Shown here: in pieces, positions 1 to 9,610 of the stretch
Layout: each line of letters begins with the position of its first letter
Numbering within the stretch: the first letter of the stretch is position 1
Source: a bacterium
Lineage (GTDB): Bacteria > Patescibacteriota > Microgenomatia > Curtissbacterales > GWA2-41-24
Assembly: GCA_021813945.1 (NCBI GenBank)
Contig: JAKAJD010000001.1
Span: 432,412 to 496,411, forward strand
Direction: 5' to 3'
Length of the DNA stretch: 64,000 nucleotides
Notes under the pieces: generated by a model
Database searches by the model: none
The model's input: only the letters and a program-made list of their open reading frames with translations
Told to the model about the DNA's origin: nothing
Program-made: the position numbers and the translations under genes

Positions 1-270
1 CCAATTTTTTGTTTGCCAATTGTAAGTTTGCAGATAAATGGTTACCGAAACGTAGTAGATCTTTTGTGAACACTGTGTTTGGGCGCTAAACATATAATAT
101 CCATTAGAAGAGCTCTTCCAGTCGGCCGAATGCCCCCAGCAATCAACAGCGTAGGCGGGTGCGCTTACCCCAAAAAGAGAAAGTGGAATAACCACCGAAA
201 CCAAAGCCAAAAGAATTTTATAGATTGTTTTTTTAATAGGCAGGCTAAGTTTTGTTAGCCTTTTTGTCAT
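1..270 (-). CDS. Secreted protein, N-terminal part (runs off window edge; absent from ORF track)
   Basis: ATG at 270 overlaps TGA of upstream ORF (ATGA); open frame MTKRLTKLSLPIKKTIYKILLALVSVVIPLFSFGVSAPAYA-VDCWGH... with basic/hydrophobic/AYA signal peptide. Confidence 0.7.
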   Translation of the reverse strand, partial: MTKRLTKLSLPIKKTIYKILLALVSVVIPLSLFGVSAPAYAVDCWGHSADWKSSSNGYYMFSAQTQCSQKIYYVSVTIYLQTYNWQTKNW

Positions 271-602
271 GGAAGAGTTACTCCGTTGTCTTGACCTGTG
301 CCTTCGATTACTTTTCCGTCTTTTTCTTCCTTATCAAGTTCATCTGCATACTGTCCCCACGATTTACAACCGGGCGGAGGGTCACCTCGAAATTGAGCTT
401 GTTCTGCTGGAGTTAGTTGTCTAATTGAATTTGGAACGTCGGCACAAACATTCACTTTTACGTCATTTGCCGATGCGCCCCTTGAAAGAAGCCCACCACC
501 TACCGCAACACCAACTACTGCGGCACCTGTTAATGTCGTTCGCAAACTGAACCTTGTTCGCCTCTGATTGGGACTTGGCCTGTATTCGCTATCCGGACGC
601 AT
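267..602 (-). CDS. Hypothetical membrane-anchored/secreted protein with two Cys
   Basis: Arg-rich N-terminus, Gly/Val hydrophobic segment, ASA; coupled to downstream ORF. Confidence 0.6.
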   Translation of the reverse strand: MRPDSEYRPSPNQRRTRFSLRTTLTGAAVVGVAVGGGLLSRGASANDVKVNVCADVPNSIRQLTPAEQAQFRGDPPPGCKSWGQYADELDKEEKDGKVIEGTGQDNGVTLP

Positions 603-658
603 TAAAATACCCTTCCAATTCTGACAGCATAATTATACTCTCCTGTGTCAACAGCCTA

Positions 659-859
659 TTAGCTCTCACGAATTGTCGATTCGATCATTTGCCTAACATC
701 TTCCTGCGAAGGAATTGGTGATCCAGGATGCCTGTCCGCCATATGGACATTTAGCGCATTTGGACTCATCATATTGATAAGATGCTTAATTGCATCATCC
801 TTTGAATCAGCATCAGTTTTCATTTTTATTCCACATCGACATTGTGCAGCGTAAGTCAT
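659..859 (-). CDS. Small putative metal-binding protein (DUF1059-like)
   Basis: CxCG near N-terminus, HxxxxH later; SD GGGGGTGA upstream. Confidence 0.55.
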   Translation of the reverse strand: MTYAAQCRCGIKMKTDADSKDDAIKHLINMMSPNALNVHMADRHPGSPIPSQEDVRQMIESTIRES

Positions 860-878
860 TTTTCACCCCCTTAAAACA

Positions 879-1157
879 TTAATAGTTGTAAGTCGGTTGA
901 CCTTGATTCTGGCTTGGATTTTGATTTTGCAAAGGAGCACCATCAGGCATCGTGGGCGAAGGGGTTGGGGTGGAACTTGTAGTGCTATAAGATGGCACCA
1001 TATAATTGCCAGATGTGTTATATCCGCCCTTTCCGGCAATAAAGAAAAAATAAATTAGCCCATAAATGATAATTGCTGCAACAAGATATATCGCAATCCA
1101 CTGCCAAAGCGGCCTTTTTGCATAACTACCGCTGCTTTTTCCGTATTGTATTGCCAT
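879..1157 (-). CDS. Small single-TM protein with Ser/Thr/Pro/Gln tail
   Basis: Hydrophobic helix WQWIAIYLVAAIIIYGLIYFFF followed by low-complexity tail. Confidence 0.65.
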   Translation of the reverse strand: MAIQYGKSSGSYAKRPLWQWIAIYLVAAIIIYGLIYFFFIAGKGGYNTSGNYMVPSYSTTSSTPTPSPTMPDGAPLQNQNPSQNQGQPTYNY

Positions 1158-1315
1158 TTCAAAAATACGTTATATTAATGGGATAAAAGCTAAATTAGAA
1201 TTTAGTAAGAACTTGGAAAGAAAATTTAACTTAGGATCTTTGCAATCACTATCATTCTATACCTCAAGAAAAGCTGCCACTTTAATAACTATTGCTATAA
1301 TTCAAAGTACTAGCT

Positions 1316-2959
1316 ATGTTTTCCAAATGGAAAATTAAATTTGCTCCTGCAAACTTTTTCGCAATCCTTATTCTTTTAAATGGCCTTTTAATAACAGTTG
1401 AAACCCTAACTGAACGCTTTCACAGAAGGTTTGACATCCTTTATCAATTTTTGCCCATAGAACTGCACTATTACCACAGAGTCATATCCGCCGTTATAGG
1501 CATTTCCCTAGTTTACCTTTCCATAAACCTCTTTGCCCGAAAGAGAATAGCCTATATCATTGCGTTGGTTCTTCTGGTTGTTGATGTAGCATTTGACATA
1601 AACTCACACCACCTAAGTCTTGGTTTAATCTTTTCTTCAGCACTGATTATTATTCTTGCCCTAAGAAGTCGTGATTTTCCAGTCAAAGTAGAGCCTGTTT
1701 ACGTTGGCAGAGGTCTTCTAATTTTCTCATTTGCAATTTTATTTGCCCTATTTTATGGAACCCTAGGCTTCTGGCTTTTGGACAAACGCGACTTTGGAAT
1801 CGACTTTAACATTCTAGAATCGTTTATAAGAACCCTCAAAGCATTCACTTTAGTTGGCAACAGTGATCTTATCGCAAGAACTCGAAACGCCCGTTGGTTT
1901 TTAGACTCCATTTCAGCAGTAGGCATAACATCCATTGCTGTTGGAATCTACAACCTCTTTCGCCCAATAGCCTACATACTGCGTACAAGACCGCAGGAAC
2001 GCGCTGAAGTTAAAACTATAGTAGAAAAGTTCGGCAGAAGCGATATGGATTTTTTCAAAACCTCAAGCGACAAATCTTATTTCTTTTCCGCAGGTCATCA
2101 AAGCGTTATTGCATATAAAACTGTCGGCGGTATTGCGCTGGCATTAGGTGATCCGGTTGGCCCAAATGCTCAGCTTCCTCAACTAATCAAAGACTTCCTC
2201 GCCTTTTGCAATACTTTAGGCTGGCGTCCAGTTTTTGTTTCAGTATCCGTTGAGTTACAACAAGTTTATAAAAATTTAGAGCTAAAAAGAATTAAAATTG
2301 GCGAAGAAGCAATAATCGACCTCGACTATTTCCTTACAGAAACAATCCGCAAAAAAGATTACCGACGTGTACTAAAAAAATTCGACGAGTTAGGTTACAC
2401 AGCAATATTTTCCAATCCTCCACAAGATCAAAATCTCGTCGCCTCTCTTTTTGAAGTCAACAAAAGCTGGCTTACCTTAGAAGGTCGCCGCGATATGGCT
2501 TTTGCTCTAGGCAAGTTTGAAACAAACTACATTACCCAAAGTCCTATTTTTTACATTACAGACCCGACAGGAAAAATCATTGCCTTTGTCAACGAAATCC
2601 CCGCCTACCAACAAGGTATGGCCAACATAGATCTGATGAGGCACGTTCGTGAAATCCCAAACGGTATGATGGATTATCTTTTTGCTAAATATTTTATTAA
2701 CTTAAAGGAGCGCGGATTTGAAAAGTTTAACCTCGGGCTTGCCCCATTGGCCGGATATTCACCCGAAAAAGGCAGCTACGGCGAACAACTTATCTATCGA
2801 ATAATAAATTATCTGGACAGGTTTTTCTCTTTTTCAGGTCTCAGGTCCTATAAACAAAAATTCGATCCTGTCTGGCAAAGCAGTTATCTGGTATACCAAG
2901 GGAATCCTGTCGCCCTAGTCCCAATCGCCCTTGCTATCCAAAAAGCAATGGAGGCCTAA
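1316..2959 (+). CDS. MprF/LysX-like aminoacyl-phosphatidylglycerol synthase (short TM region + DUF2156 catalytic domain)
   Basis: About 6 TM helices, then ALGDPVG, KIGEEA, IDLMR...NGMMDYLF, LGLAPL, FSGLRSYKQKFDPVW motifs. Confidence 0.85.
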   Translation: MFSKWKIKFAPANFFAILILLNGLLITVETLTERFHRRFDILYQFLPIELHYYHRVISAVIGISLVYLSINLFARKRIAYIIALVLLVVDVAFDINSHHLSLGLIFSSALIIILALRSRDFPVKVEPVYVGRGLLIFSFAILFALFYGTLGFWLLDKRDFGIDFNILESFIRTLKAFTLVGNSDLIARTRNARWFLDSISAVGITSIAVGIYNLFRPIAYILRTRPQERAEVKTIVEKFGRSDMDFFKTSSDKSYFFSAGHQSVIAYKTVGGIALALGDPVGPNAQLPQLIKDFLAFCNTLGWRPVFVSVSVELQQVYKNLELKRIKIGEEAIIDLDYFLTETIRKKDYRRVLKKFDELGYTAIFSNPPQDQNLVASLFEVNKSWLTLEGRRDMAFALGKFETNYITQSPIFYITDPTGKIIAFVNEIPAYQQGMANIDLMRHVREIPNGMMDYLFAKYFINLKERGFEKFNLGLAPLAGYSPEKGSYGEQLIYRIINYLDRFFSFSGLRSYKQKFDPVWQSSYLVYQGNPVALVPIALAIQKAMEA

Positions 2960-2993
2960 GGGCCGTATTTTATAAAAAGAAGCATCCGCATAC

Positions 2994-3881
2994 CTACCTC
3001 AAATTAATTCTCATTCTATCAAATGCAAACTGCAAAGCCCGCAAAAACGGTGAAATCAATAAGCCCACGCGCGGATGCAATATTGGATATACTTTTATCG
3101 CCCTCCAATATCTGTAAGGGTTTTTCGGTGGTCGCACAAGCCCTTTAGTTGTTAAAACCCAGTCCGCATCGTCTATCCTAAAGGAACGATCTTTGTCCGG
3201 AGTCAGCTGGAGGTTTCTTTTGCGCTCTTGCCCCAAAAACAGGTCCTCAAAACCGCCCGCATGGGAATAATCATGGTCTTGATGCACTGCACAAATGGAA
3301 TTGGTTGCATCAATTAGGGGTATTTTTAAGTTTCTTGCCTGATACAAAAACCAATTGTCCCAAACCCACCTCCCAATAACAAATGGGGGGATATCAAAAT
3401 TCATGTTTTTTGGGAATATAAAGTAATCTACCGCCTTATTGGATTTAACTTGCGTCCTTTCATTAAGTTTTTTTGAAAGTTCTTTCCTCCAATTTTTCTC
3501 AAAATTAATCTTAGAATTCACTTCAAGTTCAAATCTTCTCCCAACCACTAAAAATTTAGAAAATTTAATCTTCTGGAGGCCCCTTTGGAAATCCTCAAGA
3601 AAAATTATGTCGGCATTTACATACGCCATAATCGGAAATTTAGATGCACTTTTCGCTTTGGCAAACAAATCCGACACTAAAGGTGTTCCGAGCTTACTGA
3701 TTTTTACCTTGGGAATGTGAAGTAATCCGTACTTTTTAGCAATCTGGCCAACACCAAAACTGCTGCCTAAAAGAATTATTTCTGGTCTTGGCCTAAGTTT
3801 GCACCAACTGGCAATAGCATTTTCTTGAATAACCGCAAAGTGGCCCTTAAAATCCTTTGGGGTCGCAAATAATGTCAGCAT
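2994..3881 (-). CDS. Putative GT-A glycosyltransferase
   Basis: YVNADII DxD-like motif, WDNW, HQDH; last gene of the glycan operon. Confidence 0.65.
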   Translation of the reverse strand: MLTLFATPKDFKGHFAVIQENAIASWCKLRPRPEIILLGSSFGVGQIAKKYGLLHIPKVKISKLGTPLVSDLFAKAKSASKFPIMAYVNADIIFLEDFQRGLQKIKFSKFLVVGRRFELEVNSKINFEKNWRKELSKKLNERTQVKSNKAVDYFIFPKNMNFDIPPFVIGRWVWDNWFLYQARNLKIPLIDATNSICAVHQDHDYSHAGGFEDLFLGQERKRNLQLTPDKDRSFRIDDADWVLTTKGLVRPPKNPYRYWRAIKVYPILHPRVGLLISPFLRALQFAFDRMRINLR

Positions 3882-3903
3882 CTAAAGCAAACCTCATTTT
3901 CCC

Positions 3904-5007
3904 CTAGCCTATTTCGTAAAATCTTCCCTTATCCATAACCCCATTGGTTTTCTTCTTCGCCCGCGCAACCCGAGCCAGATGTTTTCGCTCTATTAGCATG
4001 CCATTTAGCATTTTTTCAATCTTACTAGTGTCTTTGCTGGCAAAATACCATTCAATAGTTTCCTTAACCCCATCTGCAAATTTCACTTTAGGTTCCCAGC
4101 CAAGAAGCTCTTTTGCCAAACTGTTATTTGCAACGCGATTCGCCGGCCCAGTCGGCATTTCGGGGTGAAGTTCAATCTCGGCTTGATGACCAGTTAAAGA
4201 AAGAATCGTCTGGGCAGTTTCCAAAACCGAAAGCCTTTCCTCCGTACCAAGATTAACACTCGTACCGTCATCAATTTTCTCAGCGGCCAAAACAAAACCG
4301 GAAACTATATCTCCTACATATGTCCAGTTCCTAACCTGCCTGCCGTTACCCCAAACAATAAAAGGGTTTTGTTTGATAAATGCTCTGGCAATCATAGCTA
4401 CAACCGCGTGGTCTTCCTTTGCCCTCGGGCCGTAAACCACGAAAAAGCGGCAGGAAGCAGACTTCATACCAAACTCCTTTGTATAAGCCTTAAGGGTCAT
4501 TTCGGCCATCAATTTTGCCCAACCGTACATATTATCGGCGTCATATGGTGGGCCTACTTGCTGCTCGGAAAGATAAAGTTTTTTGGTTGGATCTATTTGT
4601 AAATAGTTTGGGTAAACACAACCCGAAGACGCAAAAACTATTTTCTCTACACCGCTTTTGTGTGCCTGCCAAAAAAGGTTGCCATCTAAAAGCAGATTCC
4701 CCGCCGGACCCGCTTGATGAAGGTCTACATATCCGCGCCCACCATGGTCGCCAGCCAAATGAAAAATTAAGTCCACTCCCTTAACAGATTTTTTGGCAAC
4801 CTTCGTCTCTCTTAAATCACCTTTTATAAATTCTATGTTTTTATTTGTGACATGGTGTCTGATATTTTCCAAAGTTCCAGAAGACAAATCGTCAACGACC
4901 CTGACATCCACATTTTTGCAAACTAAAAGGTCCACCAAGTGTGAGCCGATAAATGAAGCCCCACCAGTCACCAAAACCTTCTTTCTTTTCCAAAAATTTT
5001 TGTTCAT
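3904..5007 (-). CDS. NAD-dependent nucleotide-sugar epimerase/dehydratase (extended SDR)
   Basis: TGGASFIGSH Rossmann motif, SSGCVY, YGWAK catalytic YxxxK. Confidence 0.9.
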   Translation of the reverse strand: MNKNFWKRKKVLVTGGASFIGSHLVDLLVCKNVDVRVVDDLSSGTLENIRHHVTNKNIEFIKGDLRETKVAKKSVKGVDLIFHLAGDHGGRGYVDLHQAGPAGNLLLDGNLFWQAHKSGVEKIVFASSGCVYPNYLQIDPTKKLYLSEQQVGPPYDADNMYGWAKLMAEMTLKAYTKEFGMKSASCRFFVVYGPRAKEDHAVVAMIARAFIKQNPFIVWGNGRQVRNWTYVGDIVSGFVLAAEKIDDGTSVNLGTEERLSVLETAQTILSLTGHQAEIELHPEMPTGPANRVANNSLAKELLGWEPKVKFADGVKETIEWYFASKDTSKIEKMLNGMLIERKHLARVARAKKKTNGVMDKGRFYEIG

Positions 5008-6338
5008 CTGAAATTTCGCAAAGAACCAGTACCTAGTGTCTCGTATAAAAAACGCTTACTGTATTTTAGCGGATCAAGAATTCGCCAGCAATCCACTAAA
5101 ACCGGCTTTTTTGCTCCGGAATTTTTTGCCCCCACCCCAATCTTTTTAAAATCCTCCCAGGGGGTGGTAATAACTATTACACCTGCACCATCGACAGAAT
5201 CTTTCATTGACTTGGCAAAAATTATGTTTGGTAAAACCAGGTCTTTTGCTTTTGCCATCGCTTTTGGGTCCCATACTGAAACCCGAAAGCCGCTTTGCGA
5301 CAACATGTTGGCGATCCGAACACCTGCGGACTCCTCTGCTACATCAGTTCCTGCTTTATACGCCAAACCAAGTATTGCTATCTTAGGCCGCTTCGTCGAT
5401 AGAATTTTGTTAAGCTTCTCAGCAACCCTAAAAGCCATGTCCTCGTTGACTAAATCGGAAGCCTTAGCAATCGGTGCCCAAACTCCGACCTTCTTGGCAA
5501 AAGACGAAAAAGCCCGGTTGTCTCGTGGAAAACAGGGGCCGCCATAAGGAAGGCCACCTTTCAGATACCTCCCGCCTACCCGAACATCTTGCCCGATTGC
5601 CCCAGTTATCAAATCGCAATCGCCACCAGGCACCTTTTCGCAAATTACAGAAAGAGTATTGGCAAAAGAGATTTTCGTTGTAATATAAGAATTCAGGGCA
5701 ATCTTGGCAATTTCCGCGTTGACGAAATTCATTCTGGAAACCGGAGGCTTATTCATACAAAACCTAAGATAAAAACCCTTTAGTATATCCCCCGATCTTT
5801 TGTCCGATTCTCCAATCAGAACAAAGTCCGGTCTTATAAGATTTGCAACAACCGAGCCCAAAGCTATAAATTCCGGGTTGTAACACACCCCAATGTCCAG
5901 GCCAACTTTTTTACCGGACGATCTCTCGAGCTCAGGAACAATTTCCGCATCCATCGAGGTAGGCATAACCGTTGATACAACAACAACTAAATGAAATTTA
6001 TTTTTTGTTGCCAAAACTTTCCCTACATTTTGAATAACGCCCAATACGTACTTATTGGAAAACGCTCCACTTTTTGTACTTGGAGTTGGCACAATTATAA
6101 AAGTGATGTCGGAATTATAAATAGCATCACTGTAATCTAAAGTAGCTCTAATCCTTCTGCGGTTTTTGGCAATCAGCTTACTAAGCCCCGGTTCATCAAC
6201 GGGGGCCTTGCCGCGATTTAAAAGTCTGACAAAATTTTCGTTAGTATCTACACCTATAACACCGAATCCACGGGAAGCGCAGACCGCCAAAAGAGGGCTA
6301 CCTAATTTACCAAGTCCTACAACAGAAATAGTTTGCAT
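5004..6338 (-). CDS. ugd: UDP-glucose/GDP-mannose 6-dehydrogenase family
   Basis: GLGKLG, IVPTP, NPEF, GGPCFPRD catalytic Cys, GLAYK. Confidence 0.9.
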   Translation of the reverse strand: MQTISVVGLGKLGSPLLAVCASRGFGVIGVDTNENFVRLLNRGKAPVDEPGLSKLIAKNRRRIRATLDYSDAIYNSDITFIIVPTPSTKSGAFSNKYVLGVIQNVGKVLATKNKFHLVVVVSTVMPTSMDAEIVPELERSSGKKVGLDIGVCYNPEFIALGSVVANLIRPDFVLIGESDKRSGDILKGFYLRFCMNKPPVSRMNFVNAEIAKIALNSYITTKISFANTLSVICEKVPGGDCDLITGAIGQDVRVGGRYLKGGLPYGGPCFPRDNRAFSSFAKKVGVWAPIAKASDLVNEDMAFRVAEKLNKILSTKRPKIAILGLAYKAGTDVAEESAGVRIANMLSQSGFRVSVWDPKAMAKAKDLVLPNIIFAKSMKDSVDGAGVIVITTPWEDFKKIGVGAKNSGAKKPVLVDCWRILDPLKYSKRFLYETLGTGSLRNFR

Positions 6339-7984
6339 TATTTAATAAAAAGATGTTTGGCAGCAACAGGCATCCTCCACCCCGGTCCAAACGCCCGCCC
6401 GGTCACCTTTAACGTTGGTGGAGCTTGCCGTCTTTTAAACTCTGCGTTAGCTATCATAGAAAAAACTTTCCTGACAAGTTTTTTTTCAAAACCTTCCTTA
6501 ACAATCTCATTAGGTCCTTTCTGTTTTTCGACATATAAGTAAAGAATCTTATCAAGAACATCATAAGGCGGCAAGATGTCTTGATCCTTTTGGTTTGGCC
6601 GAAGTTCTGCAGAGGGCGGCTTTCTGATCACATTCTTTGGGATAACCTCATTTTTTCTGTTTATCCACTTTGCTAAGTTATAAACTTGCGTTTTGAAAAG
6701 ATCTCCAATCACAGCTTGCCCCCCCGCCAAATCCCCATAAAGAGTGGTATAGCCGACAGTCAGTTCCGATTTATTACCAGTAGAAAGAACCAACGATCCG
6801 TATTTATTGGAAAGAGCCATTAAGATATTGCCTCTAATTCTCGCTTGAATATTTTCCTCGGTAATATCCCTTTTAAACGGCGCAAATGCTTTTTCCAAAG
6901 ACTTGCCGTAAGACTCCATAAGTGGTGTTATGGGAATAGTGACCGTTCTGATCCCAAGATTTTTCGCTAGTTTCAATGCGTCGCTAATACTTTCTGAAGC
7001 AGTATAAGGCGATGGCATAAGTACACCGGTAACGCCTTTTTTGCCCAACGCATTTTGGGCAATACAGGCAACAACTGAAGAATCAATCCCACCGGAAAGT
7101 CCGATCAGCGCACTTTTAAACCCGCACTTTCCCATATAATCGGAAAGCCCCAGGGACAAAGCTTTGTAAATACTCTCGATATCTGAAGGGTACTTGCTAA
7201 TTTGACTGCCAGAAAGCTTCTCAATATCCAAAACCAAAACATCTTCTTCAAACGCCCTCGCGCGGGCCCTTAGCTTTCCTTTTTTATCAAAAATCAAACT
7301 GGCGCCATCAAAAATTAAATCATCATTTGAACCAACTTGATTGACATAAATTATCGCCACTTTGTGCTTCCTGCTTGCGCTTTTTATCATCAATTCTCGA
7401 AGTTTTTGTTTTCCGGCGCTAAAGGGTGACGAAGACAAGTTAATTATGAGGTCAACTTTATCTTGAGCAAGCATTTCAACCGGGTCATACTTATATCGTG
7501 GCCGTTTCCAAAAATCGCGGTCATTCCACAAATCCTCACAAATGGAAACACCTATCTTTTGGTTCCGAAAACTCAAAGTTTGAACGCCTTCGCCAGGCTC
7601 AAAATACCTGTCTTCATCAAAAACATCGTATGTCGGAAGAAGTGATTTGAGAAATATTTTTTTAACAATTCCGTCTTCCAAAAAAGCCGCACAATTATAA
7701 AGCGGCCTGCCTTGCTTGTTTTTATTGGCAGTGGCAGTACCAACCAAAATGGGTGGCAAAGATTTGCTGTCTTTCGCAAGTTTTTGCATAACATTCCAAG
7801 ATTTTTTTATAAAGTCCGCGCTAAGCAACAAGTCACGGGGCGGATATCCCAAAAGGGCCAGCTCCGAGGTAACGCAAAGTTCCGCGCCTTTTGACTTTGC
7901 CATTTTGGCAAACTTTAAAATCTTGTTTGCGTTGCCAGCCAAATCCCCAACCGTTGGATTAAATTGTAATAATGCAACTTTCAT
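6338..7984 (-). CDS. nadE: Glutamine-dependent NAD+ synthetase (nitrilase + synthetase domains)
   Basis: Nitrilase E/K/C triad (SELALLGY, KSLLPTYDVFDE, ICEDLW); SGGIDS, ENIQARIRG, TGNKSE, GYTTLYGD, PSAELRPNQKD. Confidence 0.93.
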   Translation of the reverse strand: MKVALLQFNPTVGDLAGNANKILKFAKMAKSKGAELCVTSELALLGYPPRDLLLSADFIKKSWNVMQKLAKDSKSLPPILVGTATANKNKQGRPLYNCAAFLEDGIVKKIFLKSLLPTYDVFDEDRYFEPGEGVQTLSFRNQKIGVSICEDLWNDRDFWKRPRYKYDPVEMLAQDKVDLIINLSSSPFSAGKQKLRELMIKSASRKHKVAIIYVNQVGSNDDLIFDGASLIFDKKGKLRARARAFEEDVLVLDIEKLSGSQISKYPSDIESIYKALSLGLSDYMGKCGFKSALIGLSGGIDSSVVACIAQNALGKKGVTGVLMPSPYTASESISDALKLAKNLGIRTVTIPITPLMESYGKSLEKAFAPFKRDITEENIQARIRGNILMALSNKYGSLVLSTGNKSELTVGYTTLYGDLAGGQAVIGDLFKTQVYNLAKWINRKNEVIPKNVIRKPPSAELRPNQKDQDILPPYDVLDKILYLYVEKQKGPNEIVKEGFEKKLVRKVFSMIANAEFKRRQAPPTLKVTGRAFGPGWRMPVAAKHLFIK

Positions 7985-7993
7985 CTAAAATCT

Positions 7994-9610
7994 TTAGGGT
8001 TTAAACACCTGATACGAGGCAATTATATTTTCTGTTCCATTTATAGCTTTAAGGCTGGTCAATTTTCCAATTAGCCCTGACCTTTTGTTAAATGTGTAGA
8101 AATGATAACCAAATTTTCTTAAAAATTTTAAAGGTTCCAAGTTAGAGACCTCTACCAAAATCAATGGTTTAAACTTTTTAATTACATCTATTGCACCTAA
8201 AATAACTTTCATCTCATGACCCTCAACATCAATCTTTAAAACATCCAAAGAGGATACTGGGTGCTTTTTAAAAAACCAGTCGAGTGTAATCGTTTTAACT
8301 TTTTCAACTCGGATCGGTTTTATCGCATCATAAATAAATTCACCGAGTGTATTGTGACCACTGTAAAAATTATTTGCGACATGCAACTTTGCCCAGTGAT
8401 TTTTTTCACCCACTGCATATTCAAAACTTCTGATGACTTTTTTAAATCTTCTTGCGTTTTGTCTAAGCAACCTATACTCTCTTCTACTGGGTTCAAAACA
8501 AAAAACTCGCCCTTTTTCTCCAACGATAGACGCCGCGAAAACCGAATAAAGCCCAATGTTTGCGCCAACGTCTACAAATTTCATTTCTTTTTTTAGAAAA
8601 CGGCTCAAAAACAAGAACTGCAACGGCTCATAGACACCTTCAACAAAAACACATCTTGAAATCTCGCTCTCAAGATCAATTGTTAATTTTGCCTTGTTGT
8701 ACCATAAAATTGTTAGCCTCCTCGGCTTTCCCATTTTTATTTCCAGAAGCTCCCATAAGCGTTTTAAGAAAGTCCTGTATCCGTTTAAATTACCCTCCAA
8801 TAATCCAGTGTGCCAATTAAAAATATTAGATATTTCTCTCGGTCTATAAATAAATTGTGCAAAAGATTTTAATATTAAAGAAGGTAATTTCGAAAGAAAA
8901 TCTCTTCGATAGAGTTCATGGCCATCAAAAACTGGGGTCAGCTTATCGTTTACTAATTTGGTCCTTGAGGCAATAAATATTTGCCTTATTAAATGACCGT
9001 CTTTTAAATGCGTTTTATCTGCCCTATATTTGAACAGAAAATCAGGATGCTTTGGTACAACTCTTGGAACATAAACATAACCAAAACCGTTTGCCCTAAG
9101 GTGAGAAATTACAAACCGTGGAGACGGTCGACAACCGACTCCCGCAAGCGCCTGATTAACTGACTGGGTATCTTTGACCAGCTGTACTTCAAATTCGTCG
9201 GAATCAACAATACAAGTTTCTATTAACATCAACTCTTTGCAAATCCTGCTTAGGTTTTTGATGACATAATCCGGCTTTTTGGTGTGGTACAAAAGTCCGT
9301 AACAAAAAACAACGTCGAAGTTTCCGTATTTAGAGAAATCCTCACTCTCAACATCTGCAACCCTGCCCTTAAGTTTCGGATAACGCGCCCTAAGGCTTAT
9401 GATGTTCTCCTTTCTACCGTCTATACCTAATACATCGCAATTATTTTTAAGAAAAAATTGGGCAAGATGGCCAACACCACAACCCACATCAATAACTTTT
9501 CTGCCGGAAAAATCCAGCCCAAGTGATCCCAAATGTTTTAATCTGGCCTTATTAATCCGAATTGCCTTTGGCTCGTCAAAAACCCAAGTTTTTTCAGATA
9601 ACTTAATCAT
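7994..9610 (-). CDS. Two-domain methyltransferase: class I SAM MTase fused to FkbM family
   Basis: N-terminal IDVGCGVG and CYGLLYH; C-terminal VDVGANIG, FEP, KIDVEGHE. Confidence 0.85.
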   Translation of the reverse strand: MIKLSEKTWVFDEPKAIRINKARLKHLGSLGLDFSGRKVIDVGCGVGHLAQFFLKNNCDVLGIDGRKENIISLRARYPKLKGRVADVESEDFSKYGNFDVVFCYGLLYHTKKPDYVIKNLSRICKELMLIETCIVDSDEFEVQLVKDTQSVNQALAGVGCRPSPRFVISHLRANGFGYVYVPRVVPKHPDFLFKYRADKTHLKDGHLIRQIFIASRTKLVNDKLTPVFDGHELYRRDFLSKLPSLILKSFAQFIYRPREISNIFNWHTGLLEGNLNGYRTFLKRLWELLEIKMGKPRRLTILWYNKAKLTIDLESEISRCVFVEGVYEPLQFLFLSRFLKKEMKFVDVGANIGLYSVFAASIVGEKGRVFCFEPSRREYRLLRQNARRFKKVIRSFEYAVGEKNHWAKLHVANNFYSGHNTLGEFIYDAIKPIRVEKVKTITLDWFFKKHPVSSLDVLKIDVEGHEMKVILGAIDVIKKFKPLILVEVSNLEPLKFLRKFGYHFYTFNKRSGLIGKLTSLKAINGTENIIASYQVFKP

